Assembly (NCBI GenBank): GCA_051530055.1
Contig: CM121343.1
Span: 1,024,389-1,088,388, forward strand
Reading direction: 5' to 3'
DNA from: Neoechinorhynchus agilis
Lineage: Eukaryota; Animalia; Acanthocephala
DNA length: 64,000 nucleotides
The notes below the pieces were generated by a model, which worked only from the letters and a program-made list of their open reading frames with translations, did not search any database and had not been told where the DNA came from. A program made the translations under genes and the position numbers. Below, piece by piece: positions 13,001-24,400 of this stretch (position 1 is the first letter of the stretch; the number at the start of each line of letters is the position of its first letter).

Positions 13001-13758
13001 AAATACATAAAATTTCCTGGCAAAATGGTGACCATAAGAAGGGACCATTCTTTAACCAGTACTTTAATTTTTTATATTTAAAAGTTTAAAGCTACAATCA
13101 CCCAATGGTTAATTTGAACAACGATTTTTCAAAATAGCTAATAACAAAATACATTACAAAAATATTGATGATAATTTAGAGTGCTAAAGAAAAGTGATAT
13201 AAAGTATCAGTTGTTTTTGATCCTTTTGAGAAAAATCAGTAAAAATCATTAGGTTTTCGGTCTTTTATCTTCTTCTTTAGCCGAATAGCGAAGCGACCTT
13301 TAAAGACATGGCATTATGGGCATTGGAAAAGATGAAATTATTGCGACAAAAAGCTCTCGAGCAAGGTCTTGACGAATCCATTGATTACTCATTTGAAAAT
13401 GTTTTGAAAGTAAGCAAAAACCTACCTTCCGTTTTAACGCATTAATGAATAAAAATAATAGATATTAAATGAAAGAAATGAGAAATCACCTGTCGAGGAA
13501 ATGGTTGCCGGAGAAGCTACTATGGCCAATCCAATGCAATATATTTTAGAAATAACTCAGCAAGATGTGAACAAGATGCAAAAAGCTATGGAGAATATGA
13601 AGCTGGAAAAACCAAAAGAGAAAAGGAGGCAACATGCAGAAACGGCCGGGAACCTACAAAGCGGCAAGATAAGTAATATTAAAGTACTTGATAAATCCTC
13701 AATCAAGAAAATGAATGAACCATTAAGTTATAAAAAAGACAAGAAGGCAACGAACTAA
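10050..13758 (+). CDS. Unidentified multi-exon gene (possibly two genes), coiled-coil-rich protein; boundaries approximate
   Basis: A series of open segments bounded by AG and GT sites, e.g. tctatag|EIELSRAEKK...GLKS|gtaagt near 10910-11040, ttgtag|AEDIAILLSDLDMKHIKPISGYE|gtaaac near 11090-11160, ctttag|PNSEATFKDM...ENVLK|gtaagc near 13280-13410, and the ORFs at 11943-12239 and 13501-13758. No family recognised. Confidence 0.55.
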
Positions 13759-14282
13759 TTTTTGCCGTAAAAAATGATCTTTATCGTTAGATTGTTTAAA
13801 TCGGGAGTACAAAAAGACATTTGAATTTTAGATAACTTGGACATATTATTGTTATTGAGACAAAAATAAACCGTTAACCGACAGTAAAATTCTTATCACT
13901 GACAATTCCAAATACGCAAGATCACTTTCCAAACAGTTAAAAATTTATAGTATAAGAATCTCGAAGAAATAATTAATGATCTTATCACACGCTTCGGCCG
14001 AACTGCATGGCTGGTAGATCTGTAAGATGTTATAATTTCAGTTTTATTTTTGTAAACAAATATTAAAACTTTAAATAAGCAAGTTGGCTCCCGATTAGAC
14101 ATTATCCGGCTTTACAGTAATGAACCCCCCCAGAAATGAACCTGAGGAATAACCAACCTTACAAGCGCACAACGGGATATTCCCACCCGAATGGAGCTCC
14201 CCCGACTGGATAGTCCCATCCCAACGGATACGTTTTTTTCAAACTGTGAATTCGAATGCTTATGAGGACCCAAAAATCGACG

Positions 14283-14486
14283 CTGATCTCAGGAAAAGTG
14301 GCGAATTTAATTACATTCCATAGTAGTGTTGAGGTTCTCTACAGGACTAAAGTTCCCATTCCCTCACTGATGAGTCCCGTCGCCAGGGAATTTTTATCTG
14401 AGTGGTCGGAGGGATGTACACACCTGCAAGGGCGCAAACCAACGCAACCCGGACAGAAATCTATGGGGCTGTGGACCCAAATTCAG
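14283..14486. repeat. Dispersed partial copy of the 281-bp repeat
   Basis: gctgatctcaggaaaagtggcg...ggacccaaattcag is essentially identical to 6434-6640. Confidence 0.9.
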
Positions 14487-14489
14487 GCG

Positions 14490-17345
14490 TACCTCTCTCT
14501 CGTCAACGTTCTCTAATCAATGAACGGTGAACGAGAATCGGCCAAGTATTTCGCTCTTCGTGGATTCGCTCTAAAGTGCTTTGAACGAGTTACTGAAACT
14601 CTAAAGGATTCTTTAATTGAAGTGATGAGCACAATTAAGGATGTATTAGCGGAGGCTATTCGGTTCGAAATGGAAGCTCTTTACAATGAACAGTTGATCG
14701 AAGTCAAGAAATGCAAAGGGTAAAAGCTAATGGCCAAAGAGACAGGCAAAGGTTTCATAGGTATCGGATAGTGAAGCGACCATCAAGGAGAATAAGGTTT
14801 TGGCAGATGCCATCAGTATGCCAAATTCGGATTGTTGGAAACGAATGGTGTTCTAAAGACTGCGAATATTTCGACATTCACTATGGACTCGACACCACCC
14901 TTAGAGGATATTCAGCATGTAGTACTTTATGATCCTAAAATTGTTGTGGAGTATGATATTGTGACTGGGATTATAGGTAACGATATGAAAAGCGAAAAGC
15001 ATTCAGCTGAAGTTACTACTAAGAAAGCTACGGTCGAACAAAAGTTGCAAGTAACACCTGAACGAGTAGTATCAAGAGCAAAAGGAGGAACTCCATCAAA
15101 ATCAATCAACCCTCCCATTCATTTCTGTAATGATACGCCTTCTCCACCCCGACCATCATCCCTCGCCGCTCTGGATTCGACCCATCGCATCATGCACTCC
15201 TCCCTAGATGATAGAAATCGCACCATATTTATTTCTGGTATGCCGGAAGCCCCTGTTACAGATCCTGTCGCCGCTGATGCACACAACCGCCACCAAATCC
15301 TTCGAATCGGTCAACTCCTTTTTCCCGACATTCACTATACTATTCCTCCCCCATTAGCAGTTATGCGCATTCCATCCAAAAATTCCTTTAACCCGAGACC
15401 ACGTCTCCTCAAAGTAACTTTTATTTCACCATTCGTAGCCTCCTGTCTTAACAGGAGACACAAACTCCTTACTTCTCAACTTTCTGTCCGTATCCATCCA
15501 CATAAGAACTCATCACGATTTCTTTCCACCGCCCCTCCAAACTCAACCCAAAACTCATCTTCCCAATTCGTCACTTTCAGCAAACACCCGAGAACATCTC
15601 CCCCCATCCCAAAAGATCGAAGAATAAGCCACTCCCCAGTTTCTTTGATTACGTGCAACTCCACCGGCGCCCGAATAACCACAAAGGTCAATCTCCCAGC
15701 CGTTCCACATTAAATACTCTCTTTTTCATGAATGAAGTAAATAATTATCTCGCTACCCCTACTCAAATACAAAGTCTCAGCCACAACCTCATATCTATCA
15801 TTACCATTTACTCAACCAAACTCAAATTTTCGAGTCGCCCCGGACTTCTCTCTTTGGGATAATTAATCGTTCTTTGTCGGCATCCCGTAACGCTTCCTCC
15901 CTTAATCCACCACCCGCAACGAACAACGCAACCCCAATCTCGCTCACTTCTTCTATCCGGTTTTCCGAAATCCAAAATTAACTTCCCCGCCGTTTTCTAC
16001 TCCAATACTCGTAGCCGCCTAGCTTACCCCGTACAACAGCAATACAGCCATCCTTCTCGGGTACTCTTCCTTCCATACATACCGCATTGACCGTTCACCA
16101 GGGGGGCTGAATTTACGTACGGATATGGCTACCATGCTCTTTATCTCTCACAGGCTCTCTACACAACCCCGATCTAGAATCCATCGCAGTACATTTCATA
16201 GCTCCTCTTAGAAACTGTCTCAGAAAATTCACCATTGCTAGCGTCTATCGCCCTCCGGCCTCCCGACCTGGGTCCTCCTTGCTCCAAATTGACTCTATGG
16301 TGGAGCTCATAAACTCCACAAATTCGCACCATTTCTTAATTGCAGGGCACTTCAATAATCTATTTCCTCTTCTACCCTTCGCCGAGTTGCGTCAGTTTAT
16401 TGACTTCCCAACTCGTCTTGACGCTCACCTCGACAAAGCGTTCACAAATATCGACGTCTATTCACCCGCCTCTAAACTCTTCCCCGCAAACTCTGACCGT
16501 TCCTCTGTCCTTATAACTCCCTCCACCCACCTCAGCGTATGAAATCCCCCCGTTTCCCCCGATCCAAAATTTTATAAAAGTGTTCAACTCTATCAACCGC
16601 ACATCCCACTCTGACAACACAAATAACCCTTCCTTGGCCATGTCCTCACTAATCTTAATCATAGAAAATTCCATAGCTTCGGCAACTCCCAAGAAATTCA
16701 TTAGGATCTTCAACAGCGACCCTCCAAGGATAACCCCACTCTGATACCTCTACGAAGGCAAGCTTCTAAGACCCATCGTAATAACTCCCCAGACTCTACA
16801 TGTTTACAAAAAGCACTTACTTACAAAATACTTATCGCCCGCAAAAACTTCCTATCCTTAAAAATTCGATCAAGTGGCAACTCTGCATGATGGCGGACCC
16901 TCAAGGACTCTCTTTGTCTACGCAACCTCGATCCCTTCCATAATTTGTCCTCCACTGAATTAAAACAAGTTATAGATTCCATTAATCAGAACCTCTGCAC
17001 TGACTAAATTTACACTCTCTGGCAACATCAGTCTCCACACAATATTTCAAGCCCACACCTGAAAATTTTGTTAACCTGTCGATACTCCCCCCCAGTCTCG
17101 TCATACGAAGTACTAAAGTATCTCAAAAAATTACCTTAAAATTCGTCCTCTCAATCCGAAATTCCAAACTGGGCTCTTCGCTGCATCATCCCCGAACTTC
17201 TCGACCATTTTACCCACATTATAAACCTCAGCTTTTTATATGGTATCTACCCCTCTTGCCTGAAAACTGCCATAGTTATACTCGTTTCAAAAAAGGGCAT
17301 CCTATTTCGGCCGAATCATTCCATCAAATTTCCATTCTACTCGCT
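14490..17345 (+). mobile_element. Degenerate APE-type LINE (CR1/L2-like): ORF1, apurinic endonuclease and RT N-terminus
   Basis: ORF1-like RNRTIFISGMPE...PRPRLLKVTF (14832-15713); APE-like IASVYRPP, LIAGHFN, FPTRLDAHLDKAFTN, NSDRSSVL; RT start IPNWALR...FTHIINLSF...AIVIP near 17160-17340. Many stops and frameshifts. Confidence 0.85.
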
Positions 17346-18265
17346 CTTTCGCGAGGGACAAGCGAGCAAAGAAAGAAAATGGAGGATGGTAAAACTAATC
17401 AACCATCAGCTCAAAAAGTCGCACGATTCATCGAAGAACAAAACAGAGCGGTGCGAGGCACAAGCGAGCAAAGATAGAAAACGGAGGATGGTAAAACGAA
17501 TATACACTCAGTTCCGAAGTCGCTCAATTCATCGGAGAACAAAACAAAGCCTTGCGAGGAACAAGCGAGTAAAAACAGAAAACGAAGGATATTAAAACGA
17601 ATCAACCATCAGTTCCAAAGTCGCTCAATTCATCGCACAACAAAACAGAGTGGTGCAAGGAACAAGCGAGCAAAGATAGAAAACGGAGGATGGTAAAACG
17701 AACAAACCATCAGCTCAAAAAGTCGCTCGATTCATCGGAGAACCAAACAGAGCGGTGCGAAGAACAAGCGAGTAAAAATAGAAAACGGGGATAGCAAAAC
17801 GAATCACAATCAGTTCCAAAGTCGCTCAATTCATCGGAGAACAAAACAGAGTGGTGCGAGGAACAAGCGAGTAAAGGTAGAAAACGGAGGACGGTAAAAC
17901 GAATCAACCCTCAGCTCAAAAAGTCGCTCGATTCATCGGAGAACAATACAGAGCGGTGCGAGGAACAAGCGAGTAAAAATAGAAAACGGAAGATGGTAAA
18001 ACGAATCAACCATCAGTTCCAACGTCGCTCAATTCATCGGAGAACAAAACAGAGTGGTGCGAGGAACAAGCGAATAAAAATAGAAACCGGACGATGGTAA
18101 AACGTATCAACCATCAGCTCAAAAAGTCGCTCGATTCATCGGAGAACAAAACAGAGCGGTGCTAGGAACAAGCGAGTAAAAATAGAAAACGGAGGATAGT
18201 AAAACGAATCAATCATCAGTTCACAAATCGCTCAATTCATCGGAAAACAAAACAGATTGGTGCGA
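17345..18265. repeat. ~101-bp tandem repeat, about 9 copies
   Basis: gaggaacaagcgag-like anchors near 17352, 17455, 17557, 17657, 17758, 17859, 17960, 18061 and 18162. Confidence 0.95.
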
Positions 18266-18299
18266 ACCTTCTTAACCTCCCCGATGACTGATTTATTTG

Positions 18300-18335
18300 T
18301 ACGAATTTTCGTCTGTATGCAGACCTCTTCAGGTA
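18300..18335 (-). ncRNA. Minimal type-I hammerhead ribozyme
   Basis: Minus strand reads UAC CUGAAGA G GUCUG-CAUA-CAGAC GAA AAUU C GUA: core, 5-bp stem II, palindromic loop-less stem III (AAUU), UUC cleavage triplet and 3-bp stem I. Confidence 0.75.
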
Positions 18336-18579
18336 TCTAGAATAGTACATGGTGAGTGTAGCTTGGGCAGAACTCGGGTGCCCGGGGTTGTTAGGCCCGC
18401 GGGTGATCTGTCACCCCCCGGATCAGGTCTTAGTTTGTATGGAATCTTCAGCTTCCAGCTTGGGGTATTCCCCTCCATGCAGTTGTTGATTATCATTACC
18501 GCCTCTTTGATTACCCTCCTTTTCCAGTCACTCTCGATCATGATCTGATGAGCATCCTAAAATCCGATACCATTCTAGA

Positions 18580-18615
18580 TACCTGAAGAGGTTTGCATGC
18601 AGACGAAAATTCGTA
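18580..18615 (+). ncRNA. Minimal type-I hammerhead ribozyme (inverted copy)
   Basis: tac ctgaaga g gtttg-catg-cagac gaa aatt c gta. Stem II pairing is kept through a G-U pair. Confidence 0.75.
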
Positions 18616-18654
18616 CAAATAAATCAGTCATCGGGAGGTTTATAAGGTTGCAAC

Positions 18655-19200
18655 TATCAACCTATTTAAATCTTTTATTCCTAGGTCTAAATCCGTCTAT
18701 CCATTGATTTATGCTGACGATATTTTTTATTTTGTAAACATAAGCGGAGATCGTTTTTATTGAATCATATTGACTCTTACTTATTAAGGCTCAAAAAGGC
18801 TTAAAAGTTGCGAGTTTTACAATTAATCCAGCTAAGACGGTGATCTTGCCACTTACTAAATCCTATTTTTCGAGTGCACAATTGAAGAAATATTTTTTAT
18901 TCTTATCACACGTTATCTACTTTTACCATTAAAAGAAACAAACGAGTTCTCGGTATAGACTTCCCACCTAGTAATAGACGTACATTAATCAACTCCTGGT
19001 TATCAAGCAAGAATTGAATGTGTCTACGGGCGATTAAACATAAATAAATCTAAGGTACAGGGTTCGGTGACTTATTCCCCTTCCTCTTTTAAATAATACG
19101 TGTTTTATAAGGTTGCTCGTAGCATCCTATTCGGCATTTGAAAGAACCAAATACACTTGATCGAAATCAGTGAGCAAAACGTCCTCTGTTTTCTGGAATG
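18655..19200 (+). mobile_element. Degenerate LINE RT C-terminal fragment, probably the continuation of the 14490-17345 LINE
   Basis: PLIYADDIF (YADD at 18710-18721), followed by a frameshifted ...TINPAKTVILPL segment. Confidence 0.6.
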
Positions 19201-21246
19201 TTGACAAAATCATCCTTGCGTTTGATCAGTCGATAGGAAGTTCGTACCCCCTAAAATTTCGCACGTATACTTTCGGTCAAATTCGACAATCATATCGCTC
19301 TTTTATTCTTGCAAAATATTTGTAGATTCTTTAATTTATTAAAATTGTTTCGGTTGTTTTGTTCGACAAAACGAGTTCGAAAAACATTGACGCCACTGCT
19401 ATGGATCACCCAGCTCCCGTCTTGGTGTACTGGTAGAAATTACGGATTCACTGTTCCCCAATTGAAGAGCCAGGCTTATGCTTTGCAGAAGGAATGCTCC
19501 TGTCCTCAGATTATCAGTGATCGGCCTGAGTCTCTTGCACAATTGACTGAAAAGGTCCTGCGCTACGGTACCAAACGACCCGAATGTTTCGATGCCAAAG
19601 AGAACGAAATAATGATTTCGACCCAAGGTGCAGAAATTGCAGAGGAGACCTTGAATAAGTTAGATGTTGTTTTGAAGATAGATAAATCGACAACAAATAG
19701 ATCCAAAAAGCGCTAATTGAGCTGCTTACAAATACGAGATCAGCAAAAGCAACGCTTGATAAAAGCAACATGAAGATTTGATTCTTAATAACTGTATCAT
19801 GATACCATAAGCTCGAGAATATTAATAATCTTTCCATCATCGAGAAAGATAATAATGACGAATTTAAATCTGGGAATATTTTTTCAAAAATATTCATTAT
19901 ATAGAAAAGTGCGTTATATTGGAATAAATGAGTATTTATATCTTGTTTCAAGATAAGGGACGACCCCCAGATTCACGATTCGATTGTTATCTTCGTTCAC
20001 AAATTCCTCCTTTTCGTCCAATTCTGCAACTGTCGTCATGATTGTTCGATTGTTTAATTTTTTATTAATAAATTGATCAAGATGATTCACAAGTAAGAAT
20101 GGTGAATAAGAATGAGTTTGGAATCTCATCTTTATAGAATATTGCAACAAAAATTTGGATGTATTCTAAGATATGATTATTTGGTTGATTGGTGCTGATG
20201 CACTGGGAAAGGACGAATTATCAGTCTCAAATATCGACGTTAATCAATAAATCAATAGGATGTTGACGGTTAAACACCGAGAGAAGATTATGGTCAGCTA
20301 AGATGACAAATTATCTAAAATAGCAAGAGGAAGGATGGTGGAGATTCTCAAATATTAGGCGAATTAGAATTCACAAACCATCGCCCCTTTAAAATTTGAG
20401 AAGCACTCACTGTTATCAGTGGATTTATGTAAAATATTTGTTGAGATTGAATTTGGGATATTTTTGTTTTGAACAACATGGATTCGTGTCTGTGGTCTCA
20501 CAAATCCTGGCTGATCGATCAGATCAGCCAGTAATTAATTCCCTTACACCTTTTCGCTAAGAATTAAAGCAAGAATATTTTTGAACAGTACATTATTAGC
20601 GAATTAAAAATCCAGCGTTTTTATGGATCCACTGTGAGCATACGACAATGCGTAGAAAACCTTCATTCCGTGAGATAATCCGTCGCGCAAAATTCACATA
20701 ATCACAATTCGTATGCCAATGGAAAGATGGATTGCATCTGAAACTCCCGCGGATTACTGAAGGGATCATTCGTTTATAGATGGTAACGTAGCGAGCGTAA
20801 ATATTTTTCCAATTTTCCTAAGTACCACCTATTCCGTAAATTTGTTCTCAGTGCTCAAAAACGACGCAATATCGCGTTTCCAATCGAAGACAAATTTTTG
20901 ATGGTTTCATTGCCTAAACAATTTAATCCTTATTTACCGTAATCTTTCGGGCGCACAAATCCAGTAAAGTAGCTTTATTTACGAAAAAGTCATTTTAGAA
21001 ATCAATTTAAAAATCTGCAGTTTTAGTATTGAGGACTCACCATCGATCTTCATTAGCGATGAAATTTAGGTGCGTTATTAATTGATTAATAAGTAATCAT
21101 CAAAAGAAAATCCTGCGAAAATGGATTAGGATCAAACGCGGGCATTTTCGTTGGGATGCTCTTTTCAATTCAGGCGTCCAAATCAAACAGTATCCATTTT
21201 GTTAAATGCAAGAAGTATATTCATTATTGGAAAGATATTTTTTTAA

Positions 21247-21287
21247 ATTCCGATATTTCGCGAGGAAACTTCACCTCATCAGTCAAT
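21247..21287 (-). ncRNA. Degenerate minimal hammerhead ribozyme
   Basis: Minus strand reads AUUGA CUGAUGA G GUGA-agtttcc-UCGC GAA AUAU C GGAAU. Core, stem II and palindromic stem III are intact, but stem I has two mismatches. Confidence 0.5.
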
Positions 21288-21862
21288 GTTTGTAATTGTT
21301 CCACGATGTAAGACAAACAATGACTGATCTTTCATCTAAACCGAATCACTAGCTATGGTAGCAGTGTAATTAAGAAATTAAAAAGTGATGAGAATTTATC
21401 GGCGAAAAGACCTGGCAAATGAGATAAATAATCACCGTTGATCTTTGTTCCTTAAGTTTATTTCTTGCTTTCGCCATAAATGTTATTTTCAGCTCGATAA
21501 TATTCACAGAAGTTTTTGGATCGTGCAAAAAATAATTAATTTTTATCATTTTTTGCATCGTAAATTTCAAGCTATAATCCTTAAGAATGTGGTATGAAAA
21601 GAAGATAAAGTTATTGCGTTATAAATTCTATTTTTTTCACTAATTTAAAAGGAAATATTTAGTATTATTGAAAAGATATTTTATTTAATGGAGATATTTC
21701 GTGAGGAGGTCAAATCAGTTAAAATCGCGAAATATCTCAATAAAGTATATTTTATCCGGGACGAGGATTATGATCACCACATTTCCAACTGCTCAATAAT
21801 TAAAGATAAAATCCATGAGTATGTGGAAGCGGGGGAAAATTCTATATCAAATAAACACTTTT

Positions 21863-21907
21863 ATTGAAATATTTCGTCCAATCTCACTGGACTTCTTCAG
21901 TCAATTA
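21863..21907 (-). ncRNA. Minimal type-I hammerhead ribozyme
   Basis: Minus strand reads AUUGA CUGAAGA A GUCCA-GUGAGAU-UGGAC GAA AUAU U UCAAU: 5-bp stem I, 5-bp stem II and palindromic AUAU stem III. Confidence 0.8.
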
Positions 21908-21945
21908 TTGCTTGTAAGTTTTTAAATATTCCCACTTACAAGTAA

Positions 21946-21992
21946 TAATTGACTGAAGAAGTCCAGTGAGATTGGACGAAATATTTCAATTA
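21946..21992 (+). ncRNA. Minimal type-I hammerhead ribozyme
   Basis: taattga ctgaaga a gtcca-gtgagat-tggac gaa atat t tcaatta: perfect 7-bp stem I, 5-bp stem II, palindromic stem III and AUU cleavage triplet. Confidence 0.85.
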
Positions 21993-22974
21993 AAGTGTTT
22001 CTTTGATATAGAATTTTCTCCCACTTTCACATGATCAATAAATAGTTTAATTTTGTAGATTATCGATTAATTATTTGAATATTGATTTCCCGCAAATAGA
22101 TATCCTTTCATTGGTTTCCAGCCATTGAATGCATCACACGATAGTTCGTTGATGCGATAACTTTGGAAAAAATCGATCAGCGGCGCAATATCTGAGAATG
22201 AGAAATGCCTTCTTCTGTCACCATTACTTCATAAATTTCCAATTCGCAGAAAATGGTTTTCCCATCTTAGACGGCGGTCATTCTTTAATGTTTATTCCAT
22301 CATTTCCTGAGAAATAGTATTTGCTGAAATTGGCATTGGTACACCGAGAAAAGTTAGGATATTCTCAATCAGCCATCATTCTCGTTGAGGGGTACCACTT
22401 TTGATCACGTTCAATCGGAATACAAAATCTCGGCCACTGCAGGAACGATCCATGAGAAGCGATTCCATTCTTTCATAAAAATGGAGTGTAAAAAATTGGG
22501 AGGGTTAAAAAAGGCTCCCCATTCGAATAACTGATTTACTCAATCTGATTTTTGGTCTAGAATCCATCTAATACGTTTTTCATGTGTTAGTCCATAAGAA
22601 AAAAGAAAATCCGACACCAATTAAGGAATAAAATCCCTTAGTTCAATGAAACAAAATCGTACCGCAAGTCCTATAAGTGAATTTCGATCAATGGCTGATT
22701 TGGACATTATAATTCGATTAAAATGCATTCACTTGTCCAAATACCAATTTATATTCCATTTTCAATTGCTCTTTTATAAGACAACAAATCATCTCAGAGT
22801 AAAAAAGGCATTTCTGCCACGCATAATTGCTCATTTAGAAAAGATCTAAACTCTACTCTCCAAAGTTTTTGTTCGCTTAAAGTTTAATGTTTAATTTAAA
22901 TTCCAAACAGCGCTTGTTCGTGGATTTGTTTATAAAGTTGCACATCGGCACTCAAATCTTATAAAAAATTAGTC

Positions 22975-24400
22975 TACTCATCACCGCTTGCTTATTGATT
23001 GCTAATCAAAGAGGATATTTGAAAAAGTTAATCATAAGAAACAAATGTGATAAATCTTTTGGGCCACTCATCGCCGCTTATCTCCTTCCCCCCAACGCTT
23101 ATTGATTGCTAATAAAAGTTAATTTTTGAAAAAGTAAGCATAAGAGACAAATCATATAATTTTTTAGGTTGCTTATCACCGCTTATCTCTCCAGCCCTAC
23201 AGCTTTTTGATTGCTAATCAAAGTTAATTTTTGAAATAGTAGCCATAAGAGACAAATCTGATAAATCTTTTGGGCCACTCATCGCCACTTATCTCTCCAG
23301 CCCCCCACAGCTTATTGGTTGCTAATCAAAGTTAATATTTGAAATAGTGGTCTTAAGAAACAAATCTGATAAATCTTTTAGGCTACTCATCGCTGACTAT
23401 CTCTCAACTCCCCCCACAGCTTATTGGTTGCTAATCAAAGAGGATCTTTGAAAAAGTAGTCATAAGAGACAAATGCAATAAATCTTTTAAGCTACTCATC
23501 GCTGCTTATCTCCACTCCCCACAGCTTATTGATTGCTAATCAAAGAGGATCTTTGAAATAGTGGTCTTAAGAAACAAATCTGATAAATCTTTTAGGCTAC
23601 TCATCGCTGATTATCTCTCAACTCCCCAATGCTTATTGATTGCTAATCAAAGAGGATCTTTGAAAAAGTAGTCATAAGAAACAAATCTGATAAATCTTTT
23701 AGGCTACTCATCGCTGCTTATCTCTCCACTCCTCAATGCTTATTGATTGTTAATCAAAGAGGATCTTTGAAAAAGTAGTCATAAGAGACAAATGCAATAA
23801 ATCTTTTAAGCTACTCATCGCCGCTTATCTCCACTCCCCAATGCTTATTGATTTCTAATCAAAGAGGATCTTTGAAAAAGTAGTCATAAGAAACAAATCT
23901 GATAAATCTTTTAGGCTACTCATCGCTGCTTATCTCTCCACTCCTCAATGCTTATTGATTGTTAATCAAAGAGGATCTTTGAAAAAGTAGTCATAAGAGA
24001 CAAATGCAATAAATCTTTTAAGCTACTCATCGCCGCTTATCTCCACTCCCCAATGCTTATTGATTTCTAATCAAAGAGGATCTTTGAAAAAGTAGTCATA
24101 AGAGACAAATCTGATAAATCTTTTAGGCTACTCATCGCTGCTTATCTCTCCACTCCTCAATGCTTATTGATTGCTAATCAAAGAGGATCTTTGAAAAAGT
24201 AGTCATAAGAGACAAATCTGATAAATCTTTTAGGCTACTCATCGCCGCTTATCTCTCCACTCCCCAATGCTTATTTATTGCTAATCAAAGAGGATCTTTG
24301 AAAAAGTAGTCATAAGAAACAAATCCGATAAATCTTTTAAGCTACTCATCGCCGCTTATCTCCACTCCCCAATGCTTATTTATTGCTAAAGAAAGTCAGC
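22975..24400. repeat. ~106-107-bp tandem repeat, about 13 copies, more diverged at the left end
   Basis: ctaatcaaagaggatctttgaaaaagtagtcataag recurs near 23002, 23213, 23322, 23431, 23537, 23643, 23751, 23855, 23962, 24067, 24174 and 24281. Confidence 0.95.

Larger units (their letters stand above)
18265..18649 (-). mobile_element. 5'-truncated Penelope-like element remnant with an inverted pLTR copy (about 80-bp inverted arms)
   Basis: Arms at about 18265-18343 and 18571-18649 are near-perfect reverse complements. The spacer encodes a GIY-YIG C-terminal remnant on the minus strand (ESDWKRRVIKEAVMI, ORF 18329-18541). Confidence 0.75.
21821..22032. repeat. ~210-bp hairpin: two ~99-bp inverted arms with a ~14-nt loop, each arm carrying a hammerhead
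   Basis: 21821-21919 is the reverse complement of about 21935-22032 with few mismatches. Confidence 0.9.

Noticed and set aside
14266-14481. ggacccaaa direct repeats as a target-site duplication of the dispersed 281-bp copy
   Set aside because: The right-hand copy is internal to the repeat unit (also present at ~6343 and ~6624), so it cannot be shown to be a TSD.
19300-22700. A gene, or TGA-as-Trp recoding, in the 19.3-22.7-kb interval
   Set aside because: Some ORFs and splice-like sites occur on both strands, but I could not build a consistent model. Stop density is near random, and the confirmed genes use the standard code.
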